From Leucoraja erinacea (Eukaryota), in contig NW_026575474.1 of NCBI RefSeq assembly GCF_028641065.1, positions 1-46,577 of the forward strand: a stretch of 46,577 nucleotides of DNA, read 5' to 3'. The notes under the pieces were generated by a model. That model saw only the letters and a list, made by a program, of their open reading frames with translations. It was not told where the DNA came from and ran no database searches. Below, one piece after another: positions 35,157 to 46,577 of this stretch; within the stretch, counting starts at the first letter, position 1, and every line of letters starts with the position of its first letter. The position numbers and the translations under genes are program-made.

Positions 35157-36064
35157 TCATTGCGCGCATTTATTAATGAGCCGGAGCACTGAAGCGAACG
35201 GATATTTCACCGCTCCCTTCATCTGCTCTCTAAACTTGGACTGGGTGGCCACGTAAATAAACGTGTTCGTGCAGCAGCTGAGATTACTCAGCAAATGCCC
35301 GACGTCGTCAGCGATGTGAGCAGAAACATTCGGACCTTTTGAATTTCCTCTGATTTTATTATAGACCACGTATGAAACCAACGTCAGCCATCGTGCGATG
35401 AAGCAGCCGGAGATGGTGAAGAGTAAAACCACAGACTTTCTCCTACTCTCCATCTCCGGGTCACTGCGGCTCTCCTCCTTGCTCAGACCCCTCAGCCCCT
35501 GACGGACTCGACTAGCCACTAAAATTTGGCGGACTGTCAGACCATTGAGCATGAGAATTACAACGAAAGGGACGACGGGATTGCAAACCTTGTCGAAGTA
35601 GGTAAATACCTCCCATCCGTGGGTAGTTTTAACACTGGCCAACGTTTTACAGCCCCATGCGACGTTTCCGATGATCACAGCGGGTCCACTTACGACGTAG
35701 AAAGTGACGTTTTTCAGAAGAATCAGAACGCCGGTTGTTGCGAGAACCGCAGCCGCAGTTTTCCCGGTGCAATATTTTGTTTTCAGCTTCTGGCAACAAA
35801 TGGCGACACACCGATCAAACGTGAAAGTGACGGTGAACCAGACAGAACACTCTCTAGCTGTATACTTTAGCACCATGGTAACACAAAAAACAGGGGTGAT
35901 GCCCAGGAAACTCCACCGAAAGTAATATATTCGGATCTGATGTAAAATGACCTCGATGATGAGGACCAGTAGATCGGACGCTCCCATGGCTACCAGGTAG
36001 CGAGTGGTGCAGGTGGAGAGGCCACATTTTCCCCGGGACAGAATCACAATCGCCATTAAATTCA
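35157..36064 (-). CDS. GPR139/GPR142-like orphan class A GPCR, copy 2, exon 2 (intact)
   Basis: Open 302-codon frame with 7TM pattern: TM2 MGASDLL, TM3 TFDRCVAICC (DRY equivalent), TM5 PFVVILMLN, ICL3 DPEMESRRKS, TM7 NTFIY (NPxxY equivalent). Acceptor cctttctgcag. Confidence 0.92.
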
Positions 36065-36272
36065 CTGCAGAAAGGGAATTGAACGGATGCTGGGCATTGA
36101 TTCAGATTCAGATTCAATTTTAATTGTCATTGTCATTGTCAGTGTACAGTACAGAGACAACGAAACGCATTTAGCATCTCCCTGGAAGAGCGACATAGCA
36201 CATGATTTGAATAAATAATAATACGTGTCCGGGGGGGGGGGTGGGTGATTGGCAGTCACCGAGGTACTGGTG

Positions 36273-38330
36273 TCATAGTCATAGAGCGATACAGTGTGGA
36301 ATCAGGCCCTTCGGCCCAATTCGCCCACAGCGGACAACAATGACCCAGCTACACTAGTTCCACTTGCCCATGCGCGTGATCACTATCCCTCCAAACCCGT
36401 CCTATCCATGTACCTGTCAAATCGTTTCATAAACAATGGGATAGTCCCAGACTCAACTGTCTCCTCTGGCAGCGTGTTCCATACACCCACCACCCTTGTG
36501 TGAAAAGGTTACCCCTCGTAGTTATATTAACTATTTTCCCTTTCACCTTGAACCTATGTCCTTTCGTCCCCTATTCCCCTGCCCAGGGCGAAAGACATTG
36601 TGCCTCTACCAGATCTATTCCTCTCACGATTGTATACACCTCTATAAGATCTCCCCTCAACCCTCCTGCGCGCCATGGAATAAAGAATAAATGAATAATG
36701 GTAATATCCTCGTAATTCATTTCTGAACCCTTTCAAGCTTGACAATATATTTCCTATAACAGCCCTATAACATTCAGAATTAAAGACACTATTCGAGATG
36801 CGGTCTCACCAACGTCTTGTACAACTGCAACCTCACCTCCCAGCCAACTATACTCAATTCTCTAACTGATGAAGGCCAAAGTGCTAAAAGCCTTTTTGAT
36901 CACCTTATCTACCTGCGACTAGACCTTCAAGGAACCATACACCTGTACTCCAAGATCCCTCTGCTCTACAACACTACCCAGAGGCCTACCATTTACTGTG
37001 TAGGTCCTTCCCTGGTTCGCCGTCCCAAAATGCAACACCTCACATTTTTCTGCATTAACTTCCATCAACCATTCTTTCGCCCACCTGGGCAATCGATCCA
37101 GGTCCTGCTGCAATCATTCACAGCCATCTTCACTATCTGCAAAACCACATTTATATCATCAACAAACTTGCTAATCTCGCCCTGTGTGTTCTCATCCAAA
37201 TCATTGATCTTGATGACAAACGGTAACGGGCCCAGCACAGAACCCTGAGGCACACCACTAGTCACAGGCCAGTCTGAGATGTAAACTTTCAACATCACCC
37301 TCTGCTCCATTCCATGGAACCAATTTTCCATCCATTCAGCTATCTCTCCTTGGATCCCATGCGATCTAACCTTCCAGAGCAGCCGACCATGCGGAACCTT
37401 GTCAAATTCCTCACTGAAATTCATGTAGACAACATCTACAGCTCTGCCCTCATCAACCTTTTTGGTCACGTCTTCAAAATATTCAATCCGAATGTGAGAC
37501 ACGACCTCCCACGTACAAAACTATACTGACTATCCCTGATCAGCCCTTGCCCATCCAAATGCCTGTATAACCTATCTATCGGAACACTCGTCAGTAACTT
37601 ACCAACAACAGATGTTAAGCTCACCGGCCGATAGGCCCCGGCATTTTCCTTGCAACCCTACTTGAAAAGAGGCGCAACATTTGCCACCCCCTCCAGTCAT
37701 CCGGCACCTCTCGTTGTATTTAACGACGATTCGTAAATTTCTACCAGGGCTCCCGCAATTTTCCTCTCTAGCTTCCCACAATGTCCTCGGATATATCTGA
37801 TCAGGTGCTGGCGATTTGTTTATCTTCAAACACGTCAGTACATTTAGTACTTCTTCTTGACTGCTCTCAAAACACTTCAAGTGACTGCTCCAATTGCTTC
37901 CGTCCGACTCGGTAAGTACAAAGGGAAAATATTCATTTAGGACCATGCCCATCTCCGTGGCTCCACACCGAGGTGGTCGCTTTGATTCCTGACAGGTCCC
38001 ATTCTCTCTCTCTAACCCTTTCCCCCCTTATTTATTTATAAAACATTTTGGGGTTGTCCTCAATGCTAGCCGTCAGAGCTATATCCTGTTCCCTTTTTGC
38101 CTTTCTGATACCCGTGTTAGTTGACTCCTTAGTTACATAAACTACTGCAGGGGTGCACCTGAAACCAGCTGACTACACTTGTCCGATGCACACCTCTTGT
38201 TTTTGATTAACGTCTCAATTTCACTCGTCAGCCAAGCTTCCTTACGTCTGCCTGCTTTGCGCGTCACTATAAACGGGATGTACACATCCTTAGCTTTCTT
38301 CAGTACGCTGTTAAAAACATCCCACGGCCG
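36273..38330 (-). mobile_element. CR1 LINE, duplicate of 15458-17505
   Basis: Same RT motifs (ORF 37065-37502). Confidence 0.9.
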
Positions 38331-38378
38331 ATGTTCCTTTCCTCTCAAATAACCTGCACCAGGCAACTTGAGCGAGAC

Positions 38379-39745
38379 CGCAAGATGGTGCCTGCCTGCG
38401 GAGCACCAGAACAGAAAAGGTTCACCTCTAACTCCTATCAACTCACCTGGACCAGGGAAACGGCAATAATCGGTGCCGTTTCAGACAAGCTGTTTGGGCA
38501 GCTGAAAGCGTTGGCAATTTCATGATCTCCCGCAGCTGCGGAAACCACGCTTTAAAATGTCCCACGCTGGCTGTAAAACTCCCGACCTGACTGAGGATCC
38601 CAGGTACGATACCTGCAGACCCCGGGATGACCCCCGGAGCCGACGGGCTGTGTCTCCCAGAAACAATTATGCTGGAGCTGCTGACTTTGGGGGAACCGCC
38701 GTTCGTTACGGAGCTGGAGCTGCCGTCTGTGAAGGAATCCTTGTTTCAGCGCAGTTCCGCAGAAACTGCAGTAAATATAGTACCTGGAAACAAAGGGGAA
38801 GCCTCCATTGTGTCCGGAACGTGGCCGACGGGCAGGACTTCAGGTCAGACTGAAGCGCAGGGGACTTCGTCCCCTTCTCCCTACTACCCTACTCGCCAAT
38901 GTACAGTCCCTCGTAATCTCATCCTTTGTAATTGACACTAAAATATTATCACCCACCGAAGTCAGACTAACTGGCCTGCAGTTTCCACTGTTCTGCTCCG
39001 CTGCCTTCTTGTACAGCGGGGTGATATTCACAATGTTCCAATCTTCAGGAACCAACCTAACTCTAGTGATTCTTGAAATAACAGAACTAAATAACGCCTC
39101 CTCAATTTCTGAGGCCTCCACCTTCGGACCCCAGTGGCGCAGTCTATCCGCTCCAGGTGACTTATCCACCTTCAGACCTATCCGTTTTCCAGCACCTTCA
39201 CATTAGTAATCGCCACTCCACAAACTTTCACCCACTGAGTCTCTCGGATCACACGCGCACGACAGGTGTCTTCCACTGTGAAGACTGATGCAAAACAGTT
39301 ATCCAATCCCACTGTCATTTATTGATTTTCCGTTATCGCTTAGCATGCATCATTTTCTAGCAGCCCAACGTCCACTCTTGCCTCTTTTTTTACTCTTCAT
39401 ATATCCATAGGAGCTCATGCTATCCACTGTTATATTATCGGACATCTTATATTCGTACTTCATCTTTTATCGCAGTATTGTTCTTTCAGTTAAGTGTTGT
39501 TGTTCTTTAAAAACATCAGAATCCTCTGACTTACCACTAATCTTTGCAATGTTATATGCTTTCTCCCTTCGCTTTTATGTTGTCCTTGACCTCCCTTGTC
39601 AGCCTTTGTCGGCTTATTCATCCCTGGAATATTTCTTCCACTTTGTAATGAAATGATCCTGCACCTTCCGAATTATTCAATGAAAATACCTGCCATTTCT
39701 GTTCTACAGTCATTCCGACCAAAGCCCCTTATCTGTCAATCTTTT
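38379..39745. mobile_element. Rex1/Babar 5' fragment (+) and CR1 fragment (-), duplicates of 17555-18925
   Basis: ORFs 38808-39206 and 38840-39169 match unit 1. Confidence 0.8.
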
Positions 39746-40169
39746 CCAGCTCCAACAGGGGATGGTATCCGACTGTGACGGACTCCATTGTGAGATTCCA
39801 TAATGAAACTGCACCGTGAAATGCATCCCATTGTGAACTTCACAAAGTAAACTCCCGCTCAGTCACACATCTCCGGATAGCTGCCGTTCCCGAGCAGTGT
39901 GGCAACTTAAGGCAAGGTGCCACTGAAGTCAAAGAACAACATTATAGTGGGTCTCGAGATTGACAAGAAAAGATAAGTCGTTTCTGATAGAGAGGGAGCA
40001 CGGTGATAAATTAAAATAAATTCGGCGTGAATTAAAACGGGAGAGGATTAATATCACTGACATCCGTGTACAACGATCATAATTTGGGGAAACTTGCGAA
40101 AATGATCAGCATCAGGATTAAAACATTAAGACACGGATTTATAACAAAATAATTATTCTGCTCACTTAC

Positions 40170-40245
40170 CAGGGACTCCAACGGTAGCAATGATCACGTA
40201 CAAGATTTTCTCCACACTGTGATATCTGTCCACCATGTCCATCAT
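40170..40245 (-). CDS. GPCR copy 2, coding exon 1; the spliced product with 35157-36064 is 327 aa
   Basis: Identical 76-nt exon, ATG at 40245, G|gtaagt donor. Confidence 0.9.
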
Positions 40246-40852
40246 GTTCTCTCTCAGCCACGTCACCGTGTGCAACCTATAATCTCCCGGAATGGATTAC
40301 TGGGGCAGAACAATCTATGGAGATGTTATACCATTTCCCATCTCCGCCGGGACAGTGCAGTTTTAACAGAGTTAAAAATAGAGACGTTGAAACAATTCCC
40401 AAACAGATGACATCAGGGCGAGTGTGAAATCCACGCTGTTAACAGGTTGTCAATATTTTTTTAAATTATAGTTACGAACGACATCAAATCGCGGCGAAAT
40501 TGAAAAAATGGGATTTGGGAGCGGCTTTGTTCCAGCAAAGGGAATAGTGTTTCAAACATAATCAGATCCAACTCTCCACCTCAAGTTACTCGTCTGATTT
40601 CCTTCATCACGCTTCACTGAACACGGTGGTCTCAATTTCCTGGCACTGTCTCGGGGCTTCTGGTGCGCAGTTTCAAGACAGACGGCGACACACAGGTGGA
40701 GGAATTAATTCAAAGTGCCCGATTACGGCTCATCAGATTGCCACTTTAACACATGATAATCCCAGCAGCGCTGGTAACCGCACACTTTGCCTGCCTGGAA
40801 TGTATCTTATTTTGGCGCTTGCAAAGTAACATTCTCTGCCTTCATCACCTAT

Positions 40853-43800
40853 ATAATAACCATATATACAATTTACAGCACGTAAACAGGCCTCTCGACC
40901 CTTCTAGTCCATGCCGAACACGTATTCTCGCCTAGTCACATCTACCTGCACTCAGACCATAACCCTCCATTCCTATTCCCGTCCATATACCTATCCAATT
41001 TATTTTTAAACTCGATAAAAACGTGCCGGGAAACCTGCCTCCACCACCTCATTCCACACAGCTCATTCCACACAGCCACCACTCTCTGAGCTAAGAAGTT
41101 CCCCGTCATGTTACCCCTAAACTTCTGTCCCTTAATTCTCAAGTCATGTCCCCTTGTTTGAATCTTTCCTACTCTCAGTGGGAAAAGCTTATCCACGTCA
41201 ACTCTGTCTATCCATCTCATCATTTCAAAGACCTCTATCAAGTCCCCCCTTAACCTTCTGCGCTCCAAAGAATAAAGCCCTAACTTGTTCAACCTTTCTC
41301 TGTAACTTAGTTGCTGAAACCCAGGCAACATTCTAGTAAATCTCCTCTGTACTCTCTCTATTTTGTTGAAATCCTTCCTATAATTAGGCGACCAAAATTG
41401 TACCCCATACTCCAGAATTGGCCTCACCAATGCCTTGTACAATTTTAACATTACATCCCAACTTCTATACTCAATGCTCTGATTTATAAAGGCCAGCACA
41501 CCGAAAGCTTTCTTTACCCACCTTAACTACATGAGATTCACTTTCAGCACGGAACTAGTTATTCCCAGATCCCCTCTGTTCACCTGCATTCTTCAATTCC
41601 CTACCATTTACCATGTACGTTCTAATTTTGATTTGTCCGGCCTAGATGTAGCACCTCACACTTTCAGCATTAAACTCCATCTGCCATCTTTCAGACCACT
41701 CTTCCAACTGGCATAAATCTCTGTGTAGACTTTGAAAATCTACTTCATTATCCACAACCCCACCTATCTTAGTATCATCTGCATACTTACTAATCCAATT
41801 TACCACACCTTCATCCAGATCATTGATGTACATGACAAACAACAGTGGACCCAACACAGATCCCTGTGGCACCCCACTAGTCACTGGCCTCCAAACTGAC
41901 AAACAACCATCCACCATTACTCTCTGGCATCTCCCATTCAGCCACTGCTGAATCCATCTTGCTACTCCACCGTTAATACCCAACAATTGAACATTCTTAA
42001 CCAACCTTCGTGAGGAACCTTGTCAAAGGCCTTACTGAAGTCCATATATACAACATCCACTGCTTTACCCTCATCTATTTCCCGAGTAACCTCTTCAAAA
42101 AAAAATTCAAGAAGATTAGTCAAACATGACCTTCCAGGCACAAATCCATGTTGACTGTTCCTAATCAGACCCTGTTTATCGAGATGCTTATATATATTAT
42201 CTCTAAGTATTCTTTCCATTAATTTGCCCACCACTGACGTCAAACTAACAGGTCTATATTTGCTAGGTTTACTCTTAGACACCTTTTTAAACAATGGAAC
42301 AACATGCACAGTACGCCAATCCTCCGGCACTATTCCCGTTTCTAATGACATTTGAAATATTTCTGTCATAGCCCCAGCTATGTTCTACACTAACTTCCGT
42401 CAATGTCCTAGGGAATATCCTGTCAGGACCTGGAGACGTATCCACTTTTATATTTCTCAAAAGTGTCAGTACTTCTTTTACTTTGAACCTCATAGTTTCC
42501 ATAGCTACTCTACTTGTTTCCATTACCTCACATAATTCAATATCCTTCTCCTTGGTGAATACCGAAGAAAAAAAATTGTTCAATATCTCCCCCATCTCTT
42601 TTGGCTCTGCAGATAGCTGTCCACGCTGACTCTCTAATGGACCAATTTTATCCCTCGTTATCCTGTTGCTATTAATATAGCTGTAGAAACCCTTTGGATT
42701 TACTTTCACCTTACTTGCCAAAGCAACGTCATATCTTCTTTTAGCTTTTCTAATTTCTTGCTTAAGATTATTTTTACATTCTTATACTACCTCAAGCACC
42801 TCATTTACTCCATGCTGCCTATAAGTTATTGTAGATCTCTCTCTCTTTTTCCGAACCAAGTGTTCAATTTCCCTGTGAAAACCATGGCTCTTTCCAATTT
42901 TGGAACTATTTCCTTTCAACCCGAACAGGGACATAAAGATTCTGTACTCTTAAAATTTCACCTTTAAATGTCCTCCATTTATCTTCTACATCATTCCCAT
43001 AAAACAAAACTGTCCCAATTTACTCCTTTTAAATCATTTCGCATCTCCTCAAAGTTAGCCTTTCTCCTATCAAAAATCTGAACCCTAGGCCCAGTTCTGC
43101 CCCTATCCATAATTATATTGAAACTAATGGTATTGTGATAATTGGTCCAGAACTGTTCCCCAACGCATACCTCTGCCATCTGACCCGTCTCATTTCCTAA
43201 CAGGAGGTCCAGCACTGCCCCTTCTCTAGTAGGTACTTCTATGTATTGCTGCAAAAAACTATCCTGCACACATTTTACAAACTCCAACCCATCCAGCCCA
43301 TTTACAGAATGTGTTTCCCAGTCTATGTGTGGAAAATTGAAATCTCCCACAAGCACTACCTTGTGCTTACTACTAATATCTGCAATCTCCTTACATATTT
43401 GCTCTTCCAATTCTCGCTCCCCATTTGGCGGTCTATAATACACCCCTATAAGTGTTGCTACCCCTTTCCCATTTCTCAGTTCCACCCAAATAGCCTCCCT
43501 AGACGAGCCCTCTAATCTATCCTGCCAAAGCACTGCTGTAATATCTTCCCTGATAAGCAATGCAACACCTCCACCTCTTGCCCCTCCAATTCTATCACAC
43601 CTGAAGCAACGAAATCCTGGAATATTTCGTTTCCAATCACAGCCCTCCTGCAACCATGTTTCACTGATCGCCACAACATCATACTTCCAGGTGTCAATCC
43701 AGGCTCTAAGTTCATCCACCTTTCTTACAATGCTCCTAGCATTCAAATATACACATTTAAGAAACCCACCCTCTCTTATCCTCTGATTATTTTCTTTTTC

Positions 43801-44624
43801 TTCTCTCTCCCCTATATTTTGGGTCAGGGTGCTACCATTCTCTGCCTCCTGCCTCACACACCGACTGCTAGTAGCTTTCCAATTTGAGTCCCTCCCCCCC
43901 CAACCATACTAGTTTAAATTCTCTCCCCAGTAGCCTTTTGCAAATCTCCCCGCGCCAGGATATTGGTCCCCCTCGAGTTCAAGAAAGCAACCCGTCCATT
44001 CTGTACAGGTCGCACCTTCCCAAAAGATCGTCCAATGATCCAGAAACTTTGAATCCACACCCACTGCACCAGTCCTTCAGCCACGCATTTATTCTCCACC
44101 TTGCCTCCATTCCTTACTCTCACTGTCGCGCGGGTCACAGGCAGTAATCCTGAGATTGTTACCTTTGCAGACCTTCTCCTTACCTCTCTACCTAACTCCC
44201 TAATTTCTTCTTTCAGGATCTCTTCTCTTTTTTTAACCTATGTCGTTGGTACCTATATGTACCACAACCTCAGGCTCCTCTCCCTCCCATTTCAGGATTT
44301 CTTGGACCCGTTCAGACACATCCCTAACCCTGGCACCAGGGAGGCAAACCACCATCCGTGTCTCCTGGCTGCGTCCACAGAATCGCCTATCCGATCCCCT
44401 GACTATTGAGTCCCCTATTACAATTGCCCCATCCTCTTATTTTCCTTACCATTCTGAGCAACAGGGACCGGTCTTTGTGGCAGAGGCCCGGCCGCTGTCG
44501 TGCTGCCCCCAGGTAGGCTGTCTCCCCCACCACCTTACACTCAAACATGATTACTTATTTTCAAGGTTGTACAGCCACCGGGGTACTCACCAGTCCCTTG
44601 CCTCTGCCCGTTGCCCTTCCTAAC
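40853..44624 (-). mobile_element. CR1 LINE, duplicate of 20008-23725
   Basis: Endonuclease ORF 42991-43857 (288 aa) and RT pieces with YADDTK. Confidence 0.93.
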
Positions 44625-46577
44625 AATAAGGGGCAGAAAACAATGGTGGGGGTTGTGTACAGGCCGCCTAACAGTAGTAGTGAAGTTGGAGAGGTGGTAT
44701 CAACACAGAAAATGAGAAATGCGTTCGACAAAGGCAAAACAGGTATAATGGGTGACTTCAATCTACATATAGATTGGGTGAATCAAATTGGCAGGTGTGC
44801 TGAGGAAGAGGATTTCTTGGAATGTATGCGGGATAGTTATCTAACTCAAACATGTAGAGTGAACCACCGAAGCGAGAAGAGAGCAGGGCTCTTTTAGTCT
44901 GGGTATTGAAAAATGAGGATGGGTTAGTTAGCAATCTTGTGTACGTGCCCCCTTGGGCAAGAGTGACCATAATATGGTTGAGGTATCTTCATTAGGGATG
45001 GAGAGTGACATTGTTAATTTCAGGAACAATGGTTTTTCTGAACTTAAAAGAAAGGTACTTTGAGGGTATGAGACGTGAATTGGCCAAGACTGACTGGCAA
45101 TTAATTCTAAAAGGGTTGACGGTGGATATGCAATGGAAGACATTTATAGACTGCAAGGATGAACTACAAAAATTGTTCATACCAGTTTGGCAAAAGAATA
45201 CATCAGGTAAGGTAGTTACCATCCCTGGCTAACAAGTGAAAAATCAGGGATAGTATCAAAGCGAAGGATGATGCGTACAAATTAAGCCAGAAAAAGCAGC
45301 ATACCGAGGACTGGGAGAACACTTCAAAGACCAGCAGAGGAGGACAAAGGACTTAACTTAGGAAAGGGAAACTAGATTATGAAGAAACTGGCAGGAACAT
45401 AAAACTGACTGCAAAAAGATTTTATAGATATTGGTGAAAAGAAAGAGATTAGTTAAAACAAATGTAGGTCCCTTGCAGTCAGAAACAGGTGAGTTGATCA
45501 TGGGGAACAAGGATATGGCGGACCAATTGAATAACTACTTTGGTTCCGTCTTCACTAAGGAAGACATAAATAATCTGATGGCGGAAATAGCAGGGGACCG
45601 CGGGTCATAGGAGTTGGAAGGAATTGATTGAAATCCAGTTAGCGGAAGAAGTGGTGTTGGGTAAATTGAATGGATTAAAGGCCGAAAAATCCCCAGGGCC
45701 AGATAGGCTGCATCCCAGAGTACTTAAGGAAGTAGCTCCAGAAATAGTGGGTGCATTAGTAATAATCTTTCAAAACTCTTTAGATTCTGGAGTAGTTCCT
45801 GAAGATTGGCGGGTAGCAAACGTAACACCCCACTTTTTAAAAGCGAGGGAGAGAGAAAATGGGGAGGGAATTACAGACCAAAGTAGTCTTACATCGGTAG
45901 TGGGGAAACTGCTAGTCAGTTATTAAAGATGGGATAGCAGCCCATTTGGAAAGTGGTGAAATCATTGGACAAAGTCAGCATGGATTTACGAAAGGTAAAT
46001 CATGTCTGACGAATCTTATAGAATTTTTCGAGGATGTAACTAGTAGCGTGGATAGGGGAGAACCAGCGGATGAGATGTATCTGGACTTCCAGAAGGCATT
46101 CGACAAGGTCCCACATAAGAGATTAGTATACAAACTTAAAGCACAAGGCAATTGGGGGTTCATTATTGGATGTGGATAGAGAACTGGCTGGCAAACAGGA
46201 AGCAAAGAGTAGGAGTAAAAGGGACCTTTTCACAATGGCAGGCCGTGACTAGTGAGGTACCGCAAGGCTCAGGTCTGGGACCCCAGCTATTTACGATATA
46301 TATTAATGATTTGGACGAGGGAATTGAATGCAACATCTCCAAATTTGCTGATGACACTAAGCTGGGGGGGCAGTGTTAGCTGTGAGGAGGATGCTGGAGA
46401 CTGCAGGTGACTTGGATAGGCTGGGTTGAGTGGGCAAATGTTTGGCAGTGGCAGTATAATGTGGATACATGTGAGGTTATCCATTTTGGTGGCAAAAACG
46501 GGAAAGCAGACTATTATCTAAATGGTGGCCGATTGGGAAAGGGGGAGATGCAGCGAGACCGGGTGTCATGTAACACA
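44625..46577 (+). mobile_element. Nested CR1 LINE, duplicate of 23726 onward, cut by the window end
   Basis: Same CCTAAC|xxTAAGGGGCAG junction and ORF2 motifs; many indels. Confidence 0.92.

Larger units (their letters stand above)
29328..46577 (+). repeat. Segmental tandem duplication, unit 2 (incomplete; corresponds to ~8585-25640)
   Basis: Collinear near-identical copy; indel density rises toward the window end. Confidence 0.95.

Noticed and set aside
44650-46577. Many extra frameshifts in the unit 2 CR1 as evidence of faster decay
   Set aside because: Indel density rises steadily toward the window end, as expected for low-coverage long-read consensus error.

Overview
Eukaryotic, vertebrate sequence, most likely a cartilaginous fish (skate, ray or shark). 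This is inferred from the CR1, Penelope and Harbinger repeat types, the MHC class I motifs and the GPR139-like receptor type. There are no prokaryotic features. On the minus strand, 4280-8459 holds the 3' half of a spliced MHC class I heavy-chain gene: alpha3, TM, two cytoplasmic micro-exons that the ORF track misses, and a 3'UTR exon. No leader, alpha1 or alpha2 exon is recognisable in the 38 kb upstream. That upstream space is instead a ~20.7 kb direct tandem duplication (8585-29327, and 29328 to the window end). Each unit carries a two-exon orphan class A GPCR on the same strand (copy 1 frameshifted, copy 2 intact at 327 aa), plus Penelope, CR1, Rex1/Babar and hAT relics. Unit 1 ends in an endogenous retrovirus 3' segment (gamma-type env, PPT, 488-bp LTR) that is cut exactly at the duplication junction. 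The most notable hypothesis is that the GPCR's short hydrophobic exon 1 has a phase-1 donor that would splice in frame onto the orphaned MHC alpha3 exon, giving a 174-aa single-Ig membrane protein. Both window ends look error-prone, so indel-based calls need read support.
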